From Enoplolaimus lenunculus (Eukaryota): a stretch of DNA of 64,000 nt. The notes under the pieces were generated by a model. It saw nothing but the letters and a program-made list of their open reading frames with translations, was not told the origin of the DNA and made no database searches. A program made the translations under genes and the position numbers. Every line of letters begins with the position of its first letter. Within the stretch, counting starts at the first letter, position 1. Positions 34,501 to 49,500 of the stretch are shown one piece after another. The DNA is taken from assembly GCA_030248215.1 (NCBI GenBank), contig JASANG010002570.1:186001-250000 (forward strand). Direction: 5' to 3'.

Positions 34501-37500
34501 AAAATCTTTTTGACAAATTTTAGATTTAAACTTTGCCAAAACTTACGATAACGAGACAGCGTATGCGATTCAAATCACAGTATATCTTAGTGTTCATGTT
34601 TCAGGGTATTCGTGGACCCCCAGGACGTCAGGTACTAATTTATTTCGTGAATGCTTGCAACAAAGATTAGCATAAAGAATTATATAACGTTAAGATATTA
34701 ATTTAATCCAACCATTACTGTCAAATTTCCCTGCTAAAAAGAACAATAACAAAGATCAGGGCCGTAACAGTAGTACGAGCATATTACTAAGCCAAAGCTT
34801 GAGCCTAAGCCTTACTGAAGCATAAGGCTAAAGATAAGCCTATATCTAAGCTAAAAATTAATCTAAACGATGGCATTACTCCTTAGAGGTCTCACGGGAA
34901 AACGGTCTGCCCCTGATTTATACGTGGTCAAAAGCTTTGATTCAACGCAAGTTTAAAATCATTTGTATCAAAATAACAGCTACAAATACTTTTATAACTC
35001 TGAAGTGTAGTTTTGTTAATTTAAAAATACCTTTTGTTCAACAATTGATCAACTGCTCGGAACTTTATACGGAAGCGATACGTACAACTGATCTCGTACA
35101 CTCCAAAAATGGTAAGTCAAATTGACTCTCTCCGAAATAGGTTCTACGGGACTACATAAACTGAGTCAAATTCGCCTATGCGAAAGTCAAATTCGACTGA
35201 CTGAACAGCGCGTTTCACTTTGGCGGAGTCGAATTTGACTCAGTTTGTGCATTTCCAAAAAGCCTATTTCTGAGTGAGTCAAGTCGAATTTGACTCAGTT
35301 TGTGTATTCCCAAAAAGCCTATTTCGGAGTGAGTCAAGTCATATTTGACTCAGTTTGTGTATTCCCAAAAAGCCTATTTCGGAGTGAGTCAATTTGACAC
35401 ACCATTTTTTGAAGTGTAGTTCTCGAATGAACGAACGACTATATATCAAGGTATTTTTAGGGTAAACGTGGAATTCCTGGACCTCGCGGTAATCGTGTAA
35501 GTCCCAAGTTATAAGTTGTTCCACCTTCAAATCCATTTCATATGTTTTAGTCTAACTTTGAATTTCAATAATATAGTTTGTCAAAACTAAAATTCCGTAT
35601 ACTGAATTCAACATATTAATAAGAATGTATATGTTAACTTTCGAACACATGGCCTGTATTGGAAGGAAAATGATAATAATATATCTGGGAGAAGCCGGAT
35701 GTAATAAATACCGGAGCTGCAGCCGGAACCGGATTACAATAAATTTTGCCGGAACCGCAGCCGGAGGTGTGAGACCGGATGTGAGCTGAAATTAGCTCGT
35801 TAAAAAGATATTTGAGTTGCTAGCAAATATTTGGGCCAATGTGTGTAAAGTTTTGTTAAATCTTTCAGTTTTACGCTTGTTTTTCTATGAAATTATATGA
35901 TATATTAAAGATTTCTGAATATGAGTCATCCACGTTATACTGTCTACGCTACTGTAAAAAATTGTACCCATATGCAAGTCTCTAAGTTAACAGTAATTGC
36001 GGTGTTTCCTAATTAGATATCCAAAGGTCGTCCACATCAAGGGTGCAAAACCACACAACCGGCAGGCCCTTTGAACGGCGTATGCTACGTCACATTATCG
36101 CGCATACATATGTCAGTTTGTCAATACATCTTAGAAAGAACAGCTGTTTTGTCCTGAGTCAGTCAGAAAGGACTCCGGTTTTTGCATCATGCAGAGTCTG
36201 TCCGAAAGGGCTCTGTTTAGGGACGTATCACAACAATTCATCGACCAACAGCTCTTCGACCGACAATTTGTAGCCCGACATTTCGTTGACCCGACAACTT
36301 ATCGCCTGACATTTAGGTGCGATAATTTGTCGACTGACAACTTACAGACCCGACAACTCGTCCACCCCGACAACTCGCCGCCCCGACAACTCGTCGACCC
36401 AAAAACTTGATGCCCGGACGACTCGTCGGCCCATTAACTTGTCGCCTGCCTGTATGTACGACAACTCGTCGACCTGACAAGTTGTCTTGGTGACAGCTGT
36501 CGGGGTCGACAAATTGTTGGAGCGACGAGTTGTCTGTGTCGACGATTTGTCGAGACGACAAGTTGTCGGGGTCGACGAGTTACAAGTTGTCAGGGTCGTA
36601 GATTCGCTTAGCAATTATTTAGAGACAGTTCGAACTAATCCTTATTGCCAGACACTTTATCCAAACGAACTCATATTGTCAAACATTGTGTTCAAACTGT
36701 GTCCACATTGTCCCTATTCCTTGGACTACCGCCAAAACATACGAGCTTAGTATACTAGCTGTGAAGTCAAATGTTATACGAACAATAATGTCTTGTGCCG
36801 CAATTGCAGCTAAGTATACGGACTTTTTTACAGTAGCGTAGACAGTAAACGTGGATGACCCACAACCGAACAACTGTTCCATCTACAAAACAAAACACTC
36901 CCCAAAATATCGGGATTCAGCCAGCGTATCGAACAGGGCGGTAACAGTAGTATAAGCATATTCCTAAGCCTAAGCTTAAAGCCAAAGCATAAGAACGAGT
37001 TTATACCTTAGCCTGTAGCTAATCCAGAAACATGTCTAACGCTCAAGCTTACTCTATTGCAGTCCCGCAGAAAAACGTTCGGTCCCCTGATCTTTACATG
37101 GGCCCAACGGTTGATAGATTAACGTTTTTTCCATGTCATACCCAAAAATTATCCAATATGATAACGTTAACGATAGCTTCATTGGCGACAAATTCACATG
37201 TTTCAGGGTAAACCAGGAGTTAAAGGTCCCGTAGGACCACAGGGGCACCGGGTAAGTACAGGATGGGATTCGTAGTTTGAAAATGTTTACATGATTTAAT
37301 AAAACTACAAACTTTTCCATTTGATATTAACCAACAACGGTATCAGTTCCCCTTGTTTTGTGAATATCATGATTTATTTCTGTCAACTGTGACGTATATA
37401 TTGAATCTGTGGGACAATGTAAAGAACAGGGGCGGAACAGTATTTATAAGCATATTCCTAAACCTAAGCCTACACCTAAGTCTAAGCCTAAGCGTAAGAA

Positions 37501-40500
37501 TGAGCATATTCGTAAGCCTAAGCCTAAACCTAAGCCAAGCAAAAAAATAGTCTAAAGCTTAAGCTTTACTGTATTGCAGTCCCACAGAAAAACGTTCCGC
37601 CCCTGATCTTTACATGGACCACTCTGTGCAAGGCCGTATATACACTCAAAATAATATTTGTAGTATTTAAGAAAAAATTTCTTACATTTGAGAAATATGC
37701 TTAGAAAGGTGCACTTGAAAAGTATTTCTGTTATAACAGAAATGTTTTCAAAAAATGTTCTGAAATAAAGTCTGAAAATAAAAGTTTTCTTGTTATTTTT
37801 AGAAAAATTGTCTTAAATATCAGCAAAACTTTTCAGATTTGCCACTGAAAACACTTTTCTGAATAAATTCAGAAATACTTTTTTGTGTGATACACAAATC
37901 AAGCACTAGGGGTAAAGTAATCATTATTGATTCAATATATCTGTGGAATCGTCTCAAATCCTCTCTAAAATCATGGATCTGCCATACTGCTGCCTTTTAG
38001 AAATTATGGTTATAAATTGAACGCAAGACCGTTTTGCTTTTAGGGAGACACTGGACCGAAAGGCGAAATCGGACCACCAGGAGAACCGGTATGATGTAGT
38101 TTGACGAAAACTATTTAAAATCTCAAAGGTCAAAGAAACAAGATATTAATGCAGGGTTTACAATAAGGAGTGACTCGATATTGAAAAATGTAATTCAGCT
38201 TGAATATAAAATTTGGAACAATTTTCAATTCCGGATGAATTCTATTAATATGGGCAGTGCGGAATGCATTGCAATAACTCAATACCAGTTTGCAAACTAA
38301 GAAAAATTTTTTAATCAGTTTGCAGACTGATTTTAAATTACAACATTTAAATTATATTCTAGAATTAAATTACTGCTAGCTGGGTTTCAAGTAACAATTG
38401 GTTTGCAAACCAAAGCCTCATTCACAAACGCAAGTTTTTGTAGCAAGAACTGGCAGCTGCAACTTGCACGAAATACTTGCAGCCAGCAAATATTTTCAAA
38501 CGAATATTCAGATTGACCAATCAAACTGCATGCAAGAAGTTCAAGCGACTTGCAACTGCTTTCACTGGTGCGAATTAAATTTAATAGCATAAATTTTAAT
38601 CAATAATTTGCAGCTGCAATAACTTCAAAGTTGCTTTGTGACCAAAAACTTGCACGTGTGAATAGGGCTTACATTTAATCAATCAACATTCTGTTGCGAA
38701 TTGAATTTGGATATATTGGTGAGTTTCTCTTGTGGTAAATTTATCGAAATTTTACAGAATTCAGTTTTCAAACTGAAATAAATTATTTGATAATTTTGTT
38801 AATTAGTAAGAAAGGCTGGAATATTTCTACCATCATGTCACTCTTTACTGTGGACCCTGCATAAAATTGTTTGCCCAACTGTACGTTTCGTAGATTGAAC
38901 TGGATATAAATTCTAAAAGTTGCAGTAAAAAGAGTTCAACTTTAGACTTTTAAAAACTTGACTATTGCGTTTGTGTAACATTACCAACGGCTTTGGCAAC
39001 ACACATTCGTGCTAAAAATGCATAAGCATTTGTTTCTATTTTATAATTTTTCCGGCCCATATATAGAACAGGGCCGGAACTGTAGCATAAGTATATTCCT
39101 AAGCCTAAGCCTAAGCCTAAGCCTAAGCCTTAGCCTTAGCCTAAGCGCAAGGATGTGCCTATTCATAAGCCTAAGCGCAAGGATGTGCCTATTCATAAGC
39201 CTAAGCGCAAGGATGTGCCTATTCACAAGCCTAAGCCTAGGCCTTAGCCTAAGCGTAAGAATGAGCCTCTTCCTAAGCCTAAGCAAAAAACCTAGTCTAA
39301 AGCTTGAGCTGTTACAGCCCCGAAGGAGAACGTTTGGGACTTGTGCTATACATGGGCCATTTTTCTGCTACTTATGTAATTAACAACGAAGACCGATACA
39401 CATTTGTTAAAGGGTCAACCAGGTCCAATTGGATCGCCAGGAGTGCCGCAAATCCGCATACCGCCGCCTCCTGTAAGTTCGATTATTCATATTAAAGATA
39501 GGGTTCATCATCTAAACGGTCAATTGCAAAGGACCAATTAAATTCAAGCAACATATTTTCTGTTTTGCCATTGGATGATTTCAAAATAATATGGTCAAAA
39601 AGTGTCATACTCAAGATTTTTCCAGCTGAAATTTCTGGCTATTAAGTATTTGTTTGGTAGGCACAAACCTATAATTAAGCATGGCATCATACTAACTATA
39701 AATCAAAGTTCTTGTAGATTTGCCTGCATATAAGCGTAAGCTTTAGGCTTAGGTGTATGGCTAAGCATAGGTAAGTCTTTTACCAAACCTGTTAAGCTTA
39801 AACCTCATCCCGTGTGTGCGTAGCATATTTTGAGGGAAATTTTATTTTTAGGGAGACCCTGGTCTACCAGGACTGCCAGGCAAACGTGGAACACAAGGGA
39901 GACAGGTTAGAGCGGATAAGCATCCAATTCGGCTATAGGCAAGAATTATTTGCAAAATAAGCAACAAAATACAGATTTTTTGCTGCAGTTCTGCGTATAT
40001 ATGTCATAGGCCAATCTATTAGTCAGGCAAATAACTAATTGTCGTAAGCCAATCTGCCATTCATTGATGTAAAACACCGATTGGTTATCCGTACTGCGTC
40101 TGACCAAATACGCCAACGTGATTGGTTACCGGTATATATGCAGCTTCTGACCGCTAACCAAACCTGATTGGTTACCTGTACTGCGTTTGAATGAATATTC
40201 AAACCTGATTGCTCTATAAATTAAATGCAGTATAGCCTACGTTAAACTGCTATTACACAAAATAGGGGTATTGGCTAATTGGCCTGCGACATATATACAT
40301 ATATCTGTCTTGGGTACACCACAGACTCTGCGAGTTTCACCCCAAGAACCAGAGTAAATTAGATTGTACCAAAATCTTAATTTACACTAAATTATCAGGT
40401 TCCAGTCTAATTTTTCATTTATTTTTAGTTAAATTTTCACTCGAAAACGAGCTATTATTCAACCTGTGTTGCAGTCAAATAAACTTTCAAAGTACATACT

Positions 40501-43500
40501 ACAGACATACAACTTTTCAAATGAACTCGAGTCGGTTGCTAAAATAAATATACGAGAAAGATATCGCCACGGGTTCAAAGCTTGCATGCAGTTTTAGCAA
40601 AACAACTTCAACTAAATTATTTACTGTTAGATTCGTTAAAACTAAATAATTGAACAAAAATTGAAATTTAAATAATAGTTCAACTGAATGAACGGTAGAA
40701 CTCGATTTATACACCTCCATATTGTGTCAAAATCTAGTGCTACCAACACAACCCAATCGCCCTTGGGGAACCCGAGTTAGGACAAGCGTGAGTCGGACAA
40801 GCAAAAAATGTTTTTACAGGGTCCACCAGGACTACAAGGACCACAAGGAGCCGATGGAAACAAAGGCAAGCCGGTAAAACAAATTTGTTGGGTAGAAAAT
40901 TAAAAATTTGGTTTAGATATTCTAGTACTGTACTCTGCATTGTGTCATAGCCTAAGCCTATACGCCGAAGCCTAAGCAAAAAATGTACTCAAGAATGTAA
41001 GCCTATTCTGTTACAGACGCACCAGAAACCGGGACGGCCATAAAAGTAACATGGACCAAAGAATCGATAATGACTCACAGACAAGAGTATGCAACAGGGT
41101 ACAATCTGTATACAAAAGAATTCGCCGCAGACTGTATCCAGCGCGCGAAGTGTTTATGCAAGACCCCGGGTGCTTACGGGGTTACTTCGCAATAATATTT
41201 ACTAGTTGATTTTTACATCAATCGAATTGTATTTTCATAAAGCAGGCATATTTGTTGTCTGTTGTAAGTAAGTTTGTTCAATTGGCCAAATGCTTAGACT
41301 TAGGCTTAAGCTTAGGCATAGGCTCATCCTTACGCTTAGGCTTAGGCATAGGAATAGGCACATAATTACGCTTAGGCTCAGGCTTAGGAATAGGCACATA
41401 ATTACGCTTAGGCTTAGGCATAGGAATAGGCTCATCCATACGTTAGGCTTAGGTTTAGAAATAGGAATGGGCTTATACTACTGTTCCGGCCCTGTTCTAT
41501 ACATGGGCCGTCCGAGTTAACTCGCTGAAAACGGATGGGGGGGTTGGGCAAAAACGGATCTTGTGTTGAGGCATTGTTTTTACGTGAAAGCGCGGAAGTT
41601 GCATACTTTTGGCCACAGAGCCACCGTCGACTACAGGTTTTAGGAACTCGATACCATGTCGATAAATTTTACAACATCTGAAATCTGATGGTTTTTGTAT
41701 ACCTGCCCAGCAATTATCCACACTAGTCGTTTAGGAATAGGCTCAGACTTACGCTTTAGATTTACAAAAACATTTACGTTTACCGAATACTTTGCCTAAA
41801 TCTTTGTCTAAACGTTAATTTTAAATGTAGTAACAGTGCACAAACGCCAAAATCTGTGAATTTGATAATGTAATTCAGCCACGGCTAATAATCTCAAACC
41901 ATTTTAACAGGAATCCTTTTAAAAAGTTTTCGCTAAGTTTGAATTTGAGAATAACCATTTAAGAATGGTAATGTTAATATAACAAAATCATTGCTGGACT
42001 TATTAATTCAGGGAGCTCCCGGACGTCCAGGACCAAAAGGAAATAAAGGATCACAAGGACGCAAGGTGTGAATGCAATATAATTTAGGTATAAGTGGAAA
42101 AAAAAGTGAGTTAAGGCTTGCCTACAACCTGGCACGCTTAACTTTGTCCCGCGTTACGGTATCCCTGAGACAAAAAAACGTGGTAGAAAGGGTTTACCGT
42201 AACGCTTGGGCACAAAATTTCGCATTCAAAATTTGCGTTACCGTAAGACAAAAACGTGTTACGGTAGCGCAAACGGTTGACTCAAAGTTAAGTGTGCTAC
42301 GGTTTTAGGGAAGCCTAAGCCAATTTTGATTCCCTTTACACCAATATTAAAGTAAGATATCGCATGAATGATGACGGCAGTAATTATGGAGGAGCGAACG
42401 GGGAGCCGCCCCTCTGAAAATATCTTCGACCCCCTCTGGTCGATAAACTTTTCGACAAACTAATACAAGCAAGATTGGATAAGGACAAGGGTGTGCAACT
42501 CTTGGGGTCACGCATGGTACAAAAAGTACCACCGGGCGTGGCATTTTTGGCCGACCCGCCCTTGTTCAGGGGGGTCGCTATCACATGAATACCCCTAAAT
42601 TAAACTATAAGGGGAGCACGTTTGATGCCGCATAAATAAAGTGTCATGGTTCGCACCGGCTCTACCACCCATCTAAATAAAGGGGAACTGAGGTTGAATT
42701 TGGAATGCGCCGAAATGTTATTTGCCTTGTAACAGGTCAGAAACCATCACATCACAGCTATCCGTTGACACTTTGATGCCAACAATATTTTGAATTTTTT
42801 TCTCATTTCAGTGATTTCAGAAAATATTCGCTGTTCGCTACATCCGTATCACTTGTTGTTTCAGGGACCACGTGGAACCCGCGGCAACGACGGAGATCCT
42901 GGAAAACGAGGCAAACCGGTATTTGTTAACTATATTTCAATTTCAATTGCTAATAAACAACATACAAACGTATCTGTTAACCGTTCGGAATATAGTAGAA
43001 TTGAACCCGGGCAAATTGATGATAATTCGCTCACAAAGACCATTGCGCGATACTGAAACCAAAGCTAAAAACTAACAACGATTGAACGATCCAGGTGCAA
43101 ATGGGAAATTTTGGACCTCATCGCATGTTGTGAATTTTTTCAAAACCTGCGTTCACGTTTAACCAGAGTACAACCGGAGGTCTGCCTCCGGCTCCGGCTC
43201 CGGCAGAAAATCGGCCTCCGGCTCCGGCTCCGGTAAAATTTTTGCCGAAAATTCGCAGATAATTCGCGTAAAATCAAACAAATTAACAACATATTGCAGA
43301 TATTGGCTAAAGTTAACTAGTTAACCATCATCGTTACTACATAATTTCGCGTCAACTCCGGCTTCGGCTCCGGCAAGTTTTGATGACCTCCGGCTCAGGC
43401 TCCGGTATTTTTCACCTCCGGTTACACCCTGCGTTTGACGGCTCCTTTGATCACACAAATTATGTTTTGTTCAACTTTACTTTGAAAATTTTTTAATTTT

Positions 43501-46500
43501 GAAACTATGAATATGGTTTTAAAATAGTTGCGTTTTGTCAACCTATGGCCTATTTTATAGGGTAACAAAGGCAAAACCGGACCGACAGGAATGCCAGGAT
43601 TAATTGGTCTAAAGGTAAGCCCGAATCTTGCTGTCAATCAATGTTTATTTGAAACGTTAGTCTATCGCAAGTCTGAAACAATACTGCCGAACAAAGACGA
43701 ATGCCGTGTTCTGTCGATATTATTTCAGCCCTGTCATAGAGTTATGGTTATTGTTTTTCTGTATCTGGTTAAGTGCTTAACCATTTCTCACATGAATATT
43801 TTCAATTTCATATGAGATGTAATTTCAACATAAGATTCGATCCCCATGTCTCGGGTGGGACGCATTTACGATGACCACTTAGCTATAGGAGCTTGCCGCT
43901 CGAGCCCGATGGGACTCTCACGCCTTGTTAACAATTTGCGCTGCACATACATGTTAAAATTGTTAAACACTGCTCACACTGTTCGCGCTGCTCATATATT
44001 ACTTGTATTTAGTTGCTCATAGTATACTCGATGAGTTAAAGGGTTATAGATACTAACTGAGAACTTTTCCATTAATAATTATTGAAAAAAGATTTTATAA
44101 ATTTGTAAACTCGAATGCGCTTGTTTTTTAAGCGATGTTTATCAAAAGTGTTCTAGTTTTACTTTTTGATAAGAGCAAACGTTAAGTTGTCAAACCAAAC
44201 TTTTGCATGGTTTTATTTCCTGTTTTGAGACCCATGGTCCCGTCTCGGCTTTTTAAATACGAAACCCCTTTTTTGCTTGTGCCGCTCACACACAAAAAAG
44301 TATTTCAGAATTTATTCAGAAAAGTATTGTCTGTGGCAAATATGAAAAGATTTTCTGATATTTAAGACAATTCTTCTAAAAATAACTGGAAAACGTTTAT
44401 TTTCAGACTTTACTTGAAATTTTTTGAAAACTTTTCTGTTATAACAAAAATACTTTTCCAAGTGCACCTTGCTAATTATATTTCTTAAATGTAAGAAATT
44501 TTTTCTAAAATATCAGAAATATTATTTTGAGTGCAATATGCGCGAAAAGAACTATTTTACGTTCTGCTTTCAGGGTGATATAGGGCCGAAAGGGGCAAAA
44601 GGACCTAAAGGTTTAGCTGGGCCGTTGGTAAGTGTTAATATCGCTACCAATACCGTGAACCTAAAAGTTTACAGGTTAATTTTACATTTGATTTTTAACT
44701 CTCCATGCATGCTGCACATCCTCTGACAAGCAGTTTTAGCATGTCATTTTATAATCTGGCAGGGACGTGGAAACTGGATTTTAAGGGCGTCAAACAATGA
44801 CGAAGGAGCTAAACCAAGACAAAAGGACCATCTCGTTAACCAGCGGTTACGTCCGTAGTCAGATCCGCCAAAATTCCGGATAGAGGTCAAGGCCCATGTT
44901 ACTCTAAAGGGCGTCCAGGTTTCTGGTGGGTCTATAAAAGAGTACGTTTAGATTCTAGATTACAGTTTTTTGCTTAAGCTTAGGCTTAGGCTTAGGCTTA
45001 GGAAAACACTTTTGCAAGGCTTAGGCGTACACTGTAAATTTTAGTGAATTTATTTTAATTCAGAATGAGTTGAATCACTCAGTTGCGATAGGACACTCAG
45101 AACTCAAAATTTTGAGTTGATTCAATTTATTCTGAGTTAGTTAATCGACACATCCAGAGTCAACTTAACTCAGAGTGAGAATCAACTGAACTCTGAGTGA
45201 ACTAATGTTTACTGATATTAATTCAGAAATAACCAACTCGCTAGCTGAATTGATTAATCAACTCATTAGAATTTACAGCTTAGGCTTAGGCTTAGGAATT
45301 CGCTTAGTCTGCTGTTAAGCCCCTTAAAGTAACACTGGCCAAGATCAATATAGCATAGTAAATAACACTTCGTGACCAATGCGAGGGAGAAGTCAAACGC
45401 AAAGCTTAAGCGGATTTTATAGTTCTCATCGAACCCCCCACATTTTTTGTACGGTTATCGACTGTCAGAATCAGACACTCTTGTTCCTCTGTGTAATGCT
45501 CTTGGTTATATACAGTTGAAGCTAACTAAAAATTCTGCTTTTAGGGTCCATCTGGTCCGCAAGGTGTTTCTGGCGAAAAAGGACTTCCTGGCGAAAAGGT
45601 AAGTGATTTTGTGTAGCAATCGTTGAAATGTACATAATCATTCAATTTGAGTTAAGTCAGTTAATAATTTTGACCAGTCGAGTTCGCATATTAGACCATG
45701 TATAGAACAGAGCCGTAACAGTAGTATAAGCATACTGCGTAGTAGATTTTAATTTGTTCCTTAGAAATCATAGCCGATGTATAGAACAGAGCCGGAACAG
45801 TAGTATAAGCATATTCCTAAGCCTAAGCCTAAGAAGCATAAGCCTAAGTGTAAGGATGAGAAATTTCCTAAAAGCCTAAAATTAATCCTAAGCATAAGCA
45901 AAAAAAGTTAATCCAAAGCTTAAACTGACTCTATTATAGCCCCGCCGGAACACGATCCGGCCCTGTTCTATACAGCGGACGAAGTTTTTATACTTGAGAG
46001 TCGGCTGTAAAAGCATTGGATCTAAGAGTTTCGGGATTCGAATCCTAGCTCGAAACGAGATCTCAGTTGAAATTGGGACTATCCGTACAGGAAATGGTGG
46101 ATGAAAAATTATTTAATTTATTCTTTTAATAATGCAAAACAGGTACTGGGGAATGTTTGAAAGTATGAACTTTACGGAACCAATTAGTTTTGTCTTCAAA
46201 CTTTTGTAATACCAAGAGTGGATGATAAAACAAGAGTGTGCAACTGGGAATATTCTGTGTACAAAAAATGTACAAAGTGCAGGTTGTGTTTTTGGTCTGC
46301 CCACGACTTATTTGGGGGAGTTTCATCAATCTCACACGCTAACATAACCGCATAACAAAGCTGTTTCGCTTGTATTTTAAAAAGCGTGTAAATTTTGTGT
46401 TCCAAGCGCCGTGAACCAGGGCCGGAGCAGCCACACCCCATACCCCCATTTGAGGGGAGGCACGCCTAAAGGGGCCCCTACCCTAACCGGTTGAAACAAA

Positions 46501-49500
46501 AACCCAATAGAAACCTGGACGCCCCTTAAAGTAACATGGGCTTAAATTTCAGTGAGTTGATTTTAACTCAGAATGAGTTGAATCACTCAGTCTGAGTTAG
46601 GACTATCAGAACTCAGAATTTTGAGTTGATTCAATTCATTCTGAGTTAATTAATCGACACATCCAGAGTCAACTTAACTCAGAGTAAGAATCAGCTCAAC
46701 TCAGAGTGAGTCAATGTTCACTGATATTAATTCAGAAATAACCAACTCGCTGGTTGAATCGATTAATCAACTCATTGGAATTTACAGTGTTTGCTCGCGA
46801 GTTTACGGGCCTTCGCCCTGCAATTTGAGGGGAGCCCCGTCCCTGCCCGCTCCAGCGCTGCCAAGCACCCCCAACTCCAAAATGGAGGAAAACGAAGCAA
46901 TGTGCGCCGGTACTTTTCCTTCCAAGCATTTTTCGTCCAGTTACACACTCTTGTTTTGAGTCAACACTGACGCTTGGCCACCCACTTATGCGTAATACCT
47001 TACATTCCCCCACTCCAAACATACTGGGAGACCCCCTACGACGTGGTCCAATTCAGAAATTAATTAAATTATCGTCGTAATCAAAACACAAAGGGGGTAA
47101 AGTTTAATTTTTCAAAAATGTTTTTTCTGTTTCAGGGACCTCAAGGAATAACTGGAGGCGTGGGAAATCCTGGTCCAAAAGGCCCAAATGTACGTAAACT
47201 GAAAGATGCTAAATTTGACGCGAAATTTGGTTTACTTGAGAATCGTACTGGCATATGACTGCGGAACATTTTGTTTAAATTTTCCATTTCATACTCTGTA
47301 AAAACACTCTACATAAAATCGTTAGTTATATTTTACTAACTTTTTTTAAGTATAAGTGAACTAAATATTGAGTAAATCATTGCTTAAATAATGTAAATCA
47401 CTGAAACTATATACTGCTATCATTTCCTGACTAAATAAGTAAATGTAAAGCTAGAATTTTGTGTTTCCTTAGCGAATATTCAGTGTATTTTTTCTTCTGC
47501 CTAAAATCTTGTGTATAATAATTTCAGGGACCTCATGGCTTCAAAGGCGAAACAGGACAAACAGGTTTACGAGGACCAAAGGTAGCAGAAATGTAGTACA
47601 ACATTATTTTTGATTCGTTTAGTGCTGTTAGTTTTGTTAACTTGAGTATTAGTTTTTGTACTAATAAATCTCGGCAAAGTATAGTCAGCTACTATACTCA
47701 TACATTACTGTTTATTGTTCTAATCCTGTCTACGCCTAGGTGATCCACCCGCATGGTGGGGACTCAGCTTAGTTTACCTTGCGACGCTTTCGCATCTTAA
47801 GTGTTTTTCTTCTCATTTCTCTCAATCTAACGCGCGTTATCTCGTTCTCCGTCTTTCTGTCTTAGGCCTAAGATCTCGCTTCCCTGTTTTGGTCTTAGTA
47901 TTCCGTTCTGTTTTGCGTATGCTTTCCATGGGTTAACCCGCATTTTTCGTATCTCTCCTGCTCGAGTGCTTCTAGTCACCCGCGGGTTTGCGAATTGTTA
48001 AGCAGTTTTACCTGGACTCGCAGATTTCGTGCGCGTCAGTATTGAACGGAGTGAGCATTGAATTAGTACACACACGTTTTAGCCTACTAGTATAGAGTGA
48101 ATTCATTAGCCGGCCTAAGGTTTTGTAATACGCGTATGGAAACGGATTTAGAGTTTAGAGTTTTATCATAATTTGGTGCGAGATTCAGGATAAAGGAAGA
48201 TTTATAGTTTCTGAGTAGCCAAATTCGATCCTGCAGTTTTATCTCAACAGTGCTCGCAGATCATTATCCTGCTCGCACAGTTTTGCTATATGTATTTTGG
48301 CGTTGCCTATGTAGGCGATACGAGTTATTCTAGTCAGATCCGATGCAGCGTTTCGCGGAGCAACGCTGTCAGGCCGGGTGTGTGACTTTGGGAATTGGTA
48401 GCTTGTCGGGGCGCTTAGGCTTAAGGCGTTTACCTGGGATCCCCGACCTAAGTTAATTGTATTGGGGCTGGGCGAAGTTGCTCGTTCCCGAGCCCATGTG
48501 TGGCTTGGCAAGCGTTGAGCTAAGGGGTGCTGCGTATTTGTCGGATCCTCGTAACTCTCTGTGTGTCGCGACCACCTGGTAGACCTACCCCAGTCACGGG
48601 CTTAGCAGGATTCGCCGTGTTCGATCTAATTTATCTCGCATAAGCAGAAAGTTGCCGAGGGTAGGCGGCGTCCCTAACTTTCTGACTTATAGACTCTCTC
48701 TCTGAAATTGGCTCTACGGGACTACAGAAACTGAGTCCAATTTGACTCCGCCAGAGTCAAACTCGACACACTTAGTCGCACGTTTGACTCTGGCGGAGTC
48801 GAATTTGACTCTGTTTGTGTAGTGACATAGAGCTTATTTCGGATGCAGTTAATTTGACTCACCATTTTTGCAGTGTATGCATAGCATTAGGCTCATTAAA
48901 TGTCAACACCTTTTCCGTTGCGTTTAGCTAAGCCTACGCTTTTGACCTTAAATGTGAAGAATGTGTTCAAAACACCGGAGATTCTTAGATTTGGGCTCGC
49001 ATTGTTTCATTTCTAAATTAGTATTTCTGACTGCCTAAAACTTTTGATAACCATTTTAGTTTCAGATAATTTGTTCTAAAAATTGGTGTCTGTCTTACCG
49101 TCATAAGGTTACGCTTATAAGCAATATGATATTTTTTGAAAAATATATATTCGTGGAAAAATATGTTTTATTTAAGCGATTTTAGGGAATTCTTGGACCA
49201 TCAGGGCCTATCGGACAACAGGGTCCAGCGGGAATTAAGGTATGAATATGTCGTGTCCTATGGACCCTTTTCATTTATCAACTGAGATTCGCCATAAACC
49301 ATGATTGATTGAACCAGAGCTCAAGTCACGGGCGTTCCCACGGGGGGGGGGGCATTGGGTGCCCTACACCCCCCAAATTTGGCTAGTGCCCCCACACCCA
49401 AATTGACCCGGTTTAAAAGTAAACAATCTTGGGTTGCAACTGTAGGGGCGCCCCAAAATTATTCGGTGTCCCCTCGAAACGTAATTTTCTGCGAACGCCA

